Positions 29,699-38,737 of a stretch of DNA of 64,000 bases are shown in pieces. A program made the translations under genes and the position numbers. The stretch spans positions 12,509 through 76,508 of the forward strand of contig JBJFCD010000199.1 in assembly GCA_051888795.1 (NCBI GenBank), in the 5' to 3' direction. Source of the DNA: Lachnospiraceae bacterium (GTDB lineage: Bacteria; Bacillota; Clostridia; Lachnospirales; Lachnospiraceae). Position 1 is the stretch's first letter, and the number at the start of each line of letters is the position of its first letter. Under the pieces are notes generated by a model, which was given only the letters and a program-made list of their open reading frames with translations, ran no database searches and was not told the origin of the DNA.

Positions 29699-32600
29699 GT
29701 GATGAAAAAGAAAAGATATATTGCCATAGTATTGACAATGGTTATGCTCGTTCTTTCTACAAGTGAAAGTATGATTACTTTTGCAGAGACGAATGAAACA
29801 ACAGGAGAAATTGAAAGTGTAGATGAGTCAGATTCCGTCACTGCAAAAGAGTACGAAAAAATGCTTGAACAAAAAAAGGAAGAAGAGGAGAAAAAAGAAG
29901 AACAAAAAGTTGCAGATGTATTACAGGAAAGCTCTGCAGATGGTATCAAAACGATAGCAGAAATAAGCGACTATTTTATATACAGAGGGGAAGGCTTTGT
30001 TGAAGATAGTGAAATTACCGAGAAAAGCAAAAAATTCGGTAATATAGAAAAATATTATGATTCTGTTGAAAAGGTTATTGAATATCTGTCTAAAAAGTTT
30101 ATTAGTCAGAAAACTTCAATAGAATTTGGATATCAGTCAAAGGAAATTGATTATAAAAAAGAATTAGAATCAATCATTGGTGCTTCGTGTGAAGAAATTC
30201 AAGAAGACAGATATCCGCAGGAAATTAGTTGTTACTTACAAGGAGAGTACGATAAACAATCAGGAGCTTATAAATACCATGTGATTTTAGAAACGCAGTA
30301 TCAATTGGAGAGTGTAGCGGAGGAAAATGCTTTAGATCAGAAATCTCAGGATGATAGTGTGACTGAAGAATCAAATCAGATGAAATCACTAATGACCTTG
30401 TCAGAAGAAGAACCGATTAATGAATCATCGGAAAAAGATACATCGGATGAAACTGATACAACTGAAGAGCCAGAGGAAGTTACCTGGAAGTTTGATTCAG
30501 AAAGTAGTACATTGACAATTTCCGGTTCTGGAACAATGGAAAATTATGAGAATGCTTCAAGTGTACCATGGTATGATGATCGCGAGAACGTGAAGAATGT
30601 TGTAATTGCAGATACTGTAACGGGAATAGGTGATTATTCATTTAGTGGTTGCAGTAACTTAGTAAGCGCTGATATTCCTGATTCCGTGATTAGTTTGGGG
30701 AAAAATGCATTTTATGGCTGCACATCTTTAGCAAGTGTACAGCTTCCGGATAGTATAGAGTCAATAGGATTTCAGGCGTTTGCATCATGTACATCTTTAG
30801 GGGAGATTAATATCCCATTAAACTGGAAAGAGTGCCCTTCTACAGATGGAAGTACAAGTGATATAGAACATCGCGGACGAATCTTTATAGGATGTGAATC
30901 TTTGGTGGAAATTACAGTTCCGGAAGGAATGACAGTAATACCATCGTATGGATTTAACGGAAGTGACTATCTGGAAACAATAAATTTGCCGAATACACTG
31001 ACCGAGATAAAAAATCATGCATTTTTTGGTTGTAAAAAAATAAAAATAATGGAAATACCGGAAAGTGTGGCAGGGGTAATCGGGAAATCGGCATTTTGCC
31101 AATGTACATCAATAGAGCAGATGGAACTTTCGGAGGGGATTACTGAACTGCAGTCATTTGCATTTGACGGATGCGTAGCTTTAAAAAAGGTGGTCTTGCC
31201 TGATAGTATAGAAAAAATAGGATATAAAGCGTTTATTGGATGTAAGTCCTTAACAGATATCAATATTCCACTTAGCTGGAATGAATGTCCATCTTGGGAC
31301 GGAAGTACCATAGATACAGATCATTGTGGACTGATCTTCCAAGGATGCGAAGCACTTGTAGAAATTACTATTCCGGAAGGAATGACAGCAATACCGTCAT
31401 TTGGATTTAACGGAAGTGACTATTTGGAAACAGTAAATTTACCGGATACACTGACCGAGATAAAAAATCATACGTTTTTTAACTGCAAAAAATTAAAAAA
31501 CATAGAAATTCCAGAAAGTGTAGAAGGAGTTATTGGAAAATCAGCATTTTGTTATTGTAGTTCATTAGAGGGAATCGTGCTCCCATCAGGAATTGCGGAA
31601 CTACAGCTGTATGCATTTAATGAATGTACAGCATTGGAAAAAGTAATCTTACCGGACAGTATAAAGAAAATAGGATATCGGACTTTTTATGGGTGTAAAG
31701 TTTTATCAGATATCAATATTCCACTTAACTGGAATGAATGTCCATCTTGGGAGGAAAGTACCATAGATACAGATCATTGTGGACAGATTTTTAAAGGGTG
31801 TACTGCTTTGACAGAGATTACCATTCCGGAAGGAATGACAGCAATACCGTCATTTGGATTTAACGGGAGTGACTATTTGGAAACAGTAAATTTACCGGAT
31901 ACACTGACCGAAATAAAAAATCATACATTTTTTGGTTGTAAAAAACTAAAAAATGTGGAGATACCCAAAAATGTAACAGGAGTAATCGGAAAATCGGCTT
32001 TTAACCAATGTGCGTCAATAGAACAGATAGAATTGCCGGAAGGGATTACAGGGCTTCAAGGGTATGCGTTTTACTATTGTACGTCACTGAATAATATTAT
32101 ATTGTCTGAAGAACTGAAATCAGTCGGTGATTATGCATTTTATTATTGTACAGGACTCAAGACAATTGACTTGAAAAATATAGAGCAATTAGGGGAATAC
32201 ACTTTTTCAAAATCAGGATTAACCTCCATAACAATTGAGAATATTACAAATTTGGGGTTTCGTTCATTTGAAAATTGTAAGTCATTAGATGAAATATTTT
32301 TCAATGCTACGTCTTATCAGCTTACATATAATACTGGTGGTTATAGTACATTTACCGGTTGTGGTTCCGGCGTTGGGAAAATGAAGGTGACGATAGGTCC
32401 TGAAGCTACTTATATAAGTGCTTTGTTTACAGGTTGTAGCAATCTTACGGATATTGTAATGCCGGATAATGTGACTAAAATAGGAGTATATGCTTTTTAT
32501 AATTGTAAAAATCTGAAAGATGTAACTATGCCTAAACAGCTTACAGCGATTGGTACAAAGGCATTTTATAATTGTAGTGCGCTGGATAAGATTGAGATAA

Positions 32601-35600
32601 ATTCGGATATAACAGTTTCCTCAGACGCGTTCACTGGAGCACAGATGAATGAGCTGGCATTGGGAGAAAATGTTATGTCTCTGGAAAGTGCATTTTACCA
32701 GAAAATTCCAATTGGAAATTTTGAAGTGAATGAAGGGAATACTTCTTATACCAGTGACAAAGGGGTGCTGTATGATAAAGGTAAGCAGATTCTATTATGT
32801 TTCCCAAATAAATCCGATATAACAAAATGCAGTATTCCGGAAAGTGTCACACAAATTACAGATTATGCTTTTTATAATAATTCAGTATTAGAAGAAGTAG
32901 AATTTTTGGAAGACGCTGAAACGGATGTAGTAACGATGGAAGTTTCAGAGGGACTAAATATTGGTAAATATGCTTTTTCAGGGTGTAATTCAATCGCACA
33001 AGTGACAATGCCTGCATCACTGAATAGTATGGGAGATTATGCACTGGCAGATTGTTCTTCACTGGAAGCAGTTCACTTTAAAGGAAATGCACCTCAAATG
33101 TCAAGCAATGTTTTCCAAAATGATTATACAGCATTAGGATACCGCGACGGAACAGATGGATGGACAGAGGAAACATTCAAGAGTGATATGGCAAAGAAGG
33201 GTATAGTTATTATCAATGAGGACGAAAAATATGACAGAGTCTGTGTTCTTTTGCTTGATCATTCATGGAGTATGGATGGGGATCCGTTGAAAAACATGAA
33301 AGAAGCTGCTACAGCATTTTGCAATAATATTTTAAATAAAATGAAATATAAAACAGCTCTTTGTATAGTACCGTTTTGCGGAACCAGTAAAGCATTTGGG
33401 TTTTCTTCAGATAAGAATGATATAAAGAGTTATATCAATAATATTGAGTGTGACAACAGCACAAATATATATGATGCTGCATTATCTGCAAACAGATTCC
33501 TTAAGATGGTAAATGCAGATGAAAAAAATATCATGCTTATGACCGATGGTATCCCTATTACCGGTTCAGTGTCCAATGATGGTCCATATACAAGTAGCGA
33601 TATAGCTACATATTATAAATATGCGAATGCAGTTTATAATTTGGTGAAAAGTTTTAGTGCAGGCTATAGGATTTTTACAGTAGGATTTTTCTCAGAATTA
33701 AGTGAGAGCGAACAAAAATTTGCAAAAAAATTTTTGGAAGATTTGAGCACGCATGGATATTATGATGCAACAGAAATAGAAGATATTACAACAAAATTCG
33801 AGGAAATTGCTGCCGGAATTAATGGCGATACGTATCTGAATATGAAAGAAGATGAGTGCGCCTTCTATTTTTATGATGCAGAGACCGGCGAAAGCTTATC
33901 TAACGTAAGCTTTATGTATGGGCTCGAAAGATATGAGTCGGATAAAGAAGGATTTGCTAAGATATCAGTGTCTCTTTTTGAGAGAACAGCAAAGACATTA
34001 AGTTTTACAAAAACAGGATATAATACAGAGAAAGAATCAATTGTTTTAAAACAGGGAGAAGTCTATCCGATCGGGTTGACAAAAGAAGCTGAGGTTCCTA
34101 CTGTTTATCGGTGTGACCTGCAATATGAAGGAGACACTTCCTATATTGATATTGTGAAAAATGAAGTATCTTTGTACTATGATGATAAGGATGTTTTTTC
34201 GCTTACTGTGACTGCAGGGTATAAAGGTGGAGAAATAAAAAGTTATGCGATTAAGCAAGCTGGAAAAATATTGAAAAGCAATAATACGGGATGCTTTGAA
34301 AAATTGACGGCGTCTGATTTTAAATCTGGGGATAATAATATTGTAATAGAGGTAGAAGGTGAAAAAGGAGATAAATATTCCTATAGTACAAAATTGTCTG
34401 TATACGGTGAAAGTGAAGAAGTACAGGAAAAAATAGATTTAGGAAAAGGACTATCCTGTACAGTCCCGATAAATTTCCCAATTGTAGGGGGCGTAAAAAT
34501 TGATTTGGATTATTTAGTAGATCTGCCTATACAGTTTAGTGTAGAAGGAAAGAAAGTAAAAATAGTTGTTAATGTCGGAACTGTTTCAACAAATGAAAAA
34601 AACAATTCTAAAGGTATATTCGACAAGGATTCGTGGAATATGCTTAAAACATTAGCCGAGAATAAAAAGGATATCTCCAGATTCAGCTCTTGGTTAAATA
34701 CAAACAGTTATGGATGGAATGCCAGATACATGAAACAGATGCAGGCAAAAGTAGGACCAGGATCGCTGAAAATGGATGTATACGGATATCTGGAAGGAGA
34801 ACTGTCTGACTCGGGACAACTAAAGGATATTGAAAACATAAAAGGTGCGATTGTTATCAAATGTACGGCAAAAGCTGAGACGGAGAATCAGATCTTACTT
34901 TCACCTCCAATTATTATAAAAGTAGGAATTAAAGGTGGTGTAGAGGGAGACTGGGGAGTTAGTATGTCAAAAATATCTACTCTTGGTGATCTTAAATTAA
35001 CAGGAAAAGTTACTCTTTCTGTTTCGGTATCTGCAGGTGTGGGAATTGGATATGCCAAAATAATGAGTTTGACAGGGAATGGAGAGGGAACCCTTAGCTA
35101 TTCACGACAGTTTGATCAAGGCTATAATAAAGCTGAGCTAAAAGGGAAATTGTATCTTACAGCAAATATTCTGGGATTTACAACGGATGTGTCGCCTCAA
35201 TTCCTCCAAGGGGGACCATGGACGATATATGAGGAATATGATAATGAAGTAAAGCAAAGTAAAAATGTTGAGACAAAGGGAAACAACGTAAATCCACTTA
35301 ATATTATAATGGATGAAAATGAATATGAAGTTGCAGAACGGACGTATTTGGAGACGCAATCAGAATGGAATAAAGGAGTAGCAGTTAATAAGGAAATGGC
35401 ATCATTATCTGTAGATGATAAAGAAAGTGGTATGACCATACTTCAGTCATCTGTTTATGATGATCCTCAGATGAGACTGGTGCAGACAGATGATGTTACG
35501 ATGATGGTATTTTTGTCAGATGATGCAGATCGGGATGCTGTGGACCGTACAAAACTGGTATATTCCATATATGATGAAGAATCTGACACATGGTCCACTC

Positions 35601-37759
35601 CTGAAGCAGTGTGGGATGATGGTACTGGAGATTATATGCCGGAAATTGAAACAGATGGGTCAAATATTTGGATTGCCTGGATGAATGCAAATCGAAAGTT
35701 TGGGGATGATGCGGAATTTACAAACCTTCTTCCTGCAATGGAAATTGCCATTGCAAGATTTGATGGAAATGGCTTTACAGAATGTAAAAATATTACAAAC
35801 AACACTTCCTATGACTGCATGCCATCGCTTGTTATAAAAAATGGAGCAGGTTATATCAGTTGGATACAGAACACATCAAATAATGCGTTATGTAATGATA
35901 GTACTAATAACGTGTTCGCATATTCGCTCGAAGACGAAAATACAACAGAATTGGCAAGTGGAATTTCTAATATCAAAGACTTTGAGGCGGGAATTCTTTC
36001 AGAGAGCAATGTTGTGACTTATATAACCGATGGTGATGGAAATTACACGACAACTGATGATACGAGTATGTATGTAATGAATTTTTCCGGCAAGAAACTG
36101 TTTTCTTACGAAGGGAAGAATAATCTGTCACAACCTTATTACTATAATGGAAATTTGATTTGGAGCGAAGCAAACGGACTAAAATGCCTGAAAAATGTGT
36201 CCGCAACGGAAGAAAATTTCCTTGGATTTTCCGGATATGTAAACAGTGAATATCAAATATTGGAAAATGAAAATTATATTTATATTTTGTTATTAAATAA
36301 TGCTGATCAGGAAAATTCAAATGATACGGTAAATGTAGAGTCATTTGTTTACACATACGATAAAACCGCAGAAGTATGGAATAAAGCAACTCAGCTGACA
36401 GATTTGAATACAGGAGTACAGAGCACAAACGGATTCTTTACATCGGATGGAAAAATTGGTCAGATAATTACCGCAAATGAATATGTTTCCGATAATACGG
36501 CAAATGTCATGAGTATTTATTCCACGGTATCCGAATTATATTCTGATTATGAATTGGCAGATTTGTATTATGACGATGCAATAATTACAGATGAAGGCTA
36601 TGAATTAGATGTAGATGCAACAATTCAAAATATTGGTCAATTGAAAGGCGGAAGCTATAAGGTTGAATTAGTTCAGGGCGAAAACGTACTTGCAAGCCAG
36701 ACCTTTGATGATGGCATTATGGCAGGAGAAAGTGTGGAACAGACAATAAGATTCAGTTTCTCTGATGCTATATCACATAATAGTGAATATAAGGTGGTAG
36801 TTTCAGTAGAAGATGATCCAGATCAAAGTAATAATACACAGCTTATTTCATTAGGAAAGATGGATGTGGCAGTTAACTATTCATTACTTGAATATGGCGA
36901 AAAACAGGATAAATACAGATTAGCTGTATCGGTTACTAACCAGGGTATTATTACTACGGATGCGATTCTGAAATTATATTGTATGAGTACAGAAAATGAG
37001 GCATTTCAGACAATAGATATTCCGTCTCTTCGGGCAGGGCAGACAAGGATGTATATTGTTGATCTGGATATAGACGAGGCCGACTATGTAAATAATAAAT
37101 ATAGAGTTTACATGGTTGCAGAGACATCGTTGGATGATTCCAATATATTAAATAATACAGATTATGTGCTTATGATGAAGAATGTCGAGAAAGAACCGGA
37201 AGAGAATATAGAAGTTCCGGAAAAAGATACTCCGGTAAAAGTATCTAAGATCACGCTTTCCGGTATATCAAAGCAAATCGCAGCAGGAAGGAAAATAAAA
37301 CTGACGGCGAGTGTTCTTCCGTCTAACGCAACGAATAAAGCCGTAACATGGAAATCCAGTAATACGAAGGTTGCTACAGTTACTCAGTCAGGTGTTGTTA
37401 CGATGAAGAAAGGATCCGGCGGCAAATCGGTTACGATCACAGCAACGGCAAAAGATGGAAGTGGTGTAAAAGCAACTTACAAGATTAAATCCATGAAAGG
37501 AGTTGTAAAAAAGGTTTCCATTTCCGGAAGCAAGTCTGTAAAAGCAGGAAAATCATTGAAATTAAAGGCGAAAGTGACAGCTACAAAGAGTGCGAATAAG
37601 AAACTGAAGTGGACAAGTAGCAATACAAAGTATGCTAAGGTAAGCAATTCCGGAAAAGTGACAACATATAAGGCGGGAAAAGGAAAGAAAGTTAAGATTA
37701 CTGCAATGGCGACGGATGGAAGCGGAAAGAAAAAGACTGTGACGATTAAGATTACATAA
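29699..37759 (+). CDS. Giant surface protein C (2686 aa): BspA-type LRR_5 repeats, VWA domain, propeller/CARDB-like regions, two C-terminal Big_2
   Basis: Signal peptide; IP..V..IG..AF..C..L repeats; MIDAS DHSWS..T..MTDG; TIQNIG..AGESVE CARDB-like; Big_2 tail identical to protein B. Confidence 0.85.
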   Translation: MMKKKRYIAIVLTMVMLVLSTSESMITFAETNETTGEIESVDESDSVTAKEYEKMLEQKKEEEEKKEEQKVADVLQESSADGIKTIAEISDYFIYRGEGFVEDSEITEKSKKFGNIEKYYDSVEKVIEYLSKKFISQKTSIEFGYQSKEIDYKKELESIIGASCEEIQEDRYPQEISCYLQGEYDKQSGAYKYHVILETQYQLESVAEENALDQKSQDDSVTEESNQMKSLMTLSEEEPINESSEKDTSDETDTTEEPEEVTWKFDSESSTLTISGSGTMENYENASSVPWYDDRENVKNVVIADTVTGIGDYSFSGCSNLVSADIPDSVISLGKNAFYGCTSLASVQLPDSIESIGFQAFASCTSLGEINIPLNWKECPSTDGSTSDIEHRGRIFIGCESLVEITVPEGMTVIPSYGFNGSDYLETINLPNTLTEIKNHAFFGCKKIKIMEIPESVAGVIGKSAFCQCTSIEQMELSEGITELQSFAFDGCVALKKVVLPDSIEKIGYKAFIGCKSLTDINIPLSWNECPSWDGSTIDTDHCGLIFQGCEALVEITIPEGMTAIPSFGFNGSDYLETVNLPDTLTEIKNHTFFNCKKLKNIEIPESVEGVIGKSAFCYCSSLEGIVLPSGIAELQLYAFNECTALEKVILPDSIKKIGYRTFYGCKVLSDINIPLNWNECPSWEESTIDTDHCGQIFKGCTALTEITIPEGMTAIPSFGFNGSDYLETVNLPDTLTEIKNHTFFGCKKLKNVEIPKNVTGVIGKSAFNQCASIEQIELPEGITGLQGYAFYYCTSLNNIILSEELKSVGDYAFYYCTGLKTIDLKNIEQLGEYTFSKSGLTSITIENITNLGFRSFENCKSLDEIFFNATSYQLTYNTGGYSTFTGCGSGVGKMKVTIGPEATYISALFTGCSNLTDIVMPDNVTKIGVYAFYNCKNLKDVTMPKQLTAIGTKAFYNCSALDKIEINSDITVSSDAFTGAQMNELALGENVMSLESAFYQKIPIGNFEVNEGNTSYTSDKGVLYDKGKQILLCFPNKSDITKCSIPESVTQITDYAFYNNSVLEEVEFLEDAETDVVTMEVSEGLNIGKYAFSGCNSIAQVTMPASLNSMGDYALADCSSLEAVHFKGNAPQMSSNVFQNDYTALGYRDGTDGWTEETFKSDMAKKGIVIINEDEKYDRVCVLLLDHSWSMDGDPLKNMKEAATAFCNNILNKMKYKTALCIVPFCGTSKAFGFSSDKNDIKSYINNIECDNSTNIYDAALSANRFLKMVNADEKNIMLMTDGIPITGSVSNDGPYTSSDIATYYKYANAVYNLVKSFSAGYRIFTVGFFSELSESEQKFAKKFLEDLSTHGYYDATEIEDITTKFEEIAAGINGDTYLNMKEDECAFYFYDAETGESLSNVSFMYGLERYESDKEGFAKISVSLFERTAKTLSFTKTGYNTEKESIVLKQGEVYPIGLTKEAEVPTVYRCDLQYEGDTSYIDIVKNEVSLYYDDKDVFSLTVTAGYKGGEIKSYAIKQAGKILKSNNTGCFEKLTASDFKSGDNNIVIEVEGEKGDKYSYSTKLSVYGESEEVQEKIDLGKGLSCTVPINFPIVGGVKIDLDYLVDLPIQFSVEGKKVKIVVNVGTVSTNEKNNSKGIFDKDSWNMLKTLAENKKDISRFSSWLNTNSYGWNARYMKQMQAKVGPGSLKMDVYGYLEGELSDSGQLKDIENIKGAIVIKCTAKAETENQILLSPPIIIKVGIKGGVEGDWGVSMSKISTLGDLKLTGKVTLSVSVSAGVGIGYAKIMSLTGNGEGTLSYSRQFDQGYNKAELKGKLYLTANILGFTTDVSPQFLQGGPWTIYEEYDNEVKQSKNVETKGNNVNPLNIIMDENEYEVAERTYLETQSEWNKGVAVNKEMASLSVDDKESGMTILQSSVYDDPQMRLVQTDDVTMMVFLSDDADRDAVDRTKLVYSIYDEESDTWSTPEAVWDDGTGDYMPEIETDGSNIWIAWMNANRKFGDDAEFTNLLPAMEIAIARFDGNGFTECKNITNNTSYDCMPSLVIKNGAGYISWIQNTSNNALCNDSTNNVFAYSLEDENTTELASGISNIKDFEAGILSESNVVTYITDGDGNYTTTDDTSMYVMNFSGKKLFSYEGKNNLSQPYYYNGNLIWSEANGLKCLKNVSATEENFLGFSGYVNSEYQILENENYIYILLLNNADQENSNDTVNVESFVYTYDKTAEVWNKATQLTDLNTGVQSTNGFFTSDGKIGQIITANEYVSDNTANVMSIYSTVSELYSDYELADLYYDDAIITDEGYELDVDATIQNIGQLKGGSYKVELVQGENVLASQTFDDGIMAGESVEQTIRFSFSDAISHNSEYKVVVSVEDDPDQSNNTQLISLGKMDVAVNYSLLEYGEKQDKYRLAVSVTNQGIITTDAILKLYCMSTENEAFQTIDIPSLRAGQTRMYIVDLDIDEADYVNNKYRVYMVAETSLDDSNILNNTDYVLMMKNVEKEPEENIEVPEKDTPVKVSKITLSGISKQIAAGRKIKLTASVLPSNATNKAVTWKSSNTKVATVTQSGVVTMKKGSGGKSVTITATAKDGSGVKATYKIKSMKGVVKKVSISGSKSVKAGKSLKLKAKVTATKSANKKLKWTSSNTKYAKVSNSGKVTTYKAGKGKKVKITAMATDGSGKKKTVTIKIT
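30809..32130 (+). repeat. Three in-frame 453-bp (151-aa) LRR super-repeats
   Basis: NIPLxWxECP anchor at 30809, 31262 and 31715. Confidence 0.85.
37344..37754 (+). repeat. Second copy of the 411-bp Big_2 anchor repeat
   Basis: Matches 27677-28087. Confidence 0.9.
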
Positions 37760-37782
37760 TTTCAAAAAGAAAAGAGTTGTAT

Positions 37783-37814
37783 AGGGTGTGTGTCGAATGA
37801 TGCATACCCTTTTC
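37783..37814 (+). terminator. Type-B hairpin, probable terminator
   Basis: AGGGTGTGTGTC-GAAT-GATGCATACCCT followed by TTT; G-U compatible variants relative to the 28112 copy. Confidence 0.7.
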
Positions 37815-37823
37815 TGGTCTCCT

Positions 37824-37892
37824 GTGCAAATTGTGACAAAAATGAGGTTAATTACGCAGTTAAAAAATCAAAAAGGAATTATATGATATAAT
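37824..37892 (+). promoter_or_regulatory. Promoter P4: putative LytTR direct repeat plus extended -10
   Basis: CAAATTGTG-12-TTAATTACG, 30 bp gap, TGA-TATAAT. Confidence 0.65.
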
Positions 37893-37920
37893 TAAAATCA
37901 GATTAAGGGAAAGGAGTATT

Positions 37921-38694
37921 ATGCTTATGCTAAAGAAACATTGGAAAAGAATCTTTTTTGCGATGGCAGTATTTTGTATGGCAGCGATTGTACAGACAAC
38001 AACACCGCAGATTCATGGACTTAATACGGTGCAAGCTGCAACAAAAGTAAAACTAAATAAAAGTAAAGCATCATTGGTTAAAGGACAGACCACACAATTA
38101 AAGGTGCAGGGAACAAAGAAAAAAGTTAAATGGACGTCATCGAAGAAGAGCGTAGCTACGGTTTCTTCTAAGGGAAAAGTAACTGCAAAAAGAAAAGGAA
38201 AAGTTACAATAACAGCAAAAATTGGAAAAAGGAAATATACATGTAAAATAACTGTATATGCAACTAAGGCAGATAAGGTTATTGCTAACTCCAGAGCATA
38301 TTATTACGGTACAAATAAAAAAATAAAGGATGGTACATATAAGAACTGTGGAATAGACGGTGTTTATAAAGAATACTTAGGCAGTAACCAGAAAATCAGA
38401 CTTACAATTATGTATCCGGGAAATGGTGATATGGATATCAATCATTACACTGTGGAGTACTATTACGATAAGAATGAGAAACTTGTTTTTGCGTATGCGT
38501 ATAAAAAAGTGAATGGTAAGCTTAAAGATTACCGGGCATATTATGGTACAGATGGAAAATGTTATCGCTATATAGAAAGCGATGGAACGGTAAAAACATA
38601 TAAGAATGGAAAAAATTTGGATGAATGTAATGAAATGGTTCAATTACTGTATAATAAGGGTTCTTGGAACATTATTGTGGCTAATGGAGGCTAA
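37921..38694 (+). CDS. Secreted protein: N-terminal Big_2 plus uncharacterised domain
   Basis: Signal peptide; KLNKSKASLVKGQTTQLKV..WTSSKKSVATVSSKGKVTAK. Confidence 0.8.
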   Translation: MLMLKKHWKRIFFAMAVFCMAAIVQTTTPQIHGLNTVQAATKVKLNKSKASLVKGQTTQLKVQGTKKKVKWTSSKKSVATVSSKGKVTAKRKGKVTITAKIGKRKYTCKITVYATKADKVIANSRAYYYGTNKKIKDGTYKNCGIDGVYKEYLGSNQKIRLTIMYPGNGDMDINHYTVEYYYDKNEKLVFAYAYKKVNGKLKDYRAYYGTDGKCYRYIESDGTVKTYKNGKNLDECNEMVQLLYNKGSWNIIVANGG

Positions 38695-38737
38695 CAGGTA
38701 ATTGACAAAAAGAAAAGTGAGAAAGGAGAATAGAGTT

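Noticed and set aside
37791-37797. Spo0A box TGTCGAA (also at the 55615 terminator)
   Set aside because: Falls within terminator stems/loops and is not conserved in the other junction copies
21187-37814. Repeated hairpins as a CRISPR array or integron attC sites
   Set aside because: Spacing is kilobases and irregular, no cas or integrase gene is in the window, and G-U-compatible variation plus T-runs fit RNA terminators
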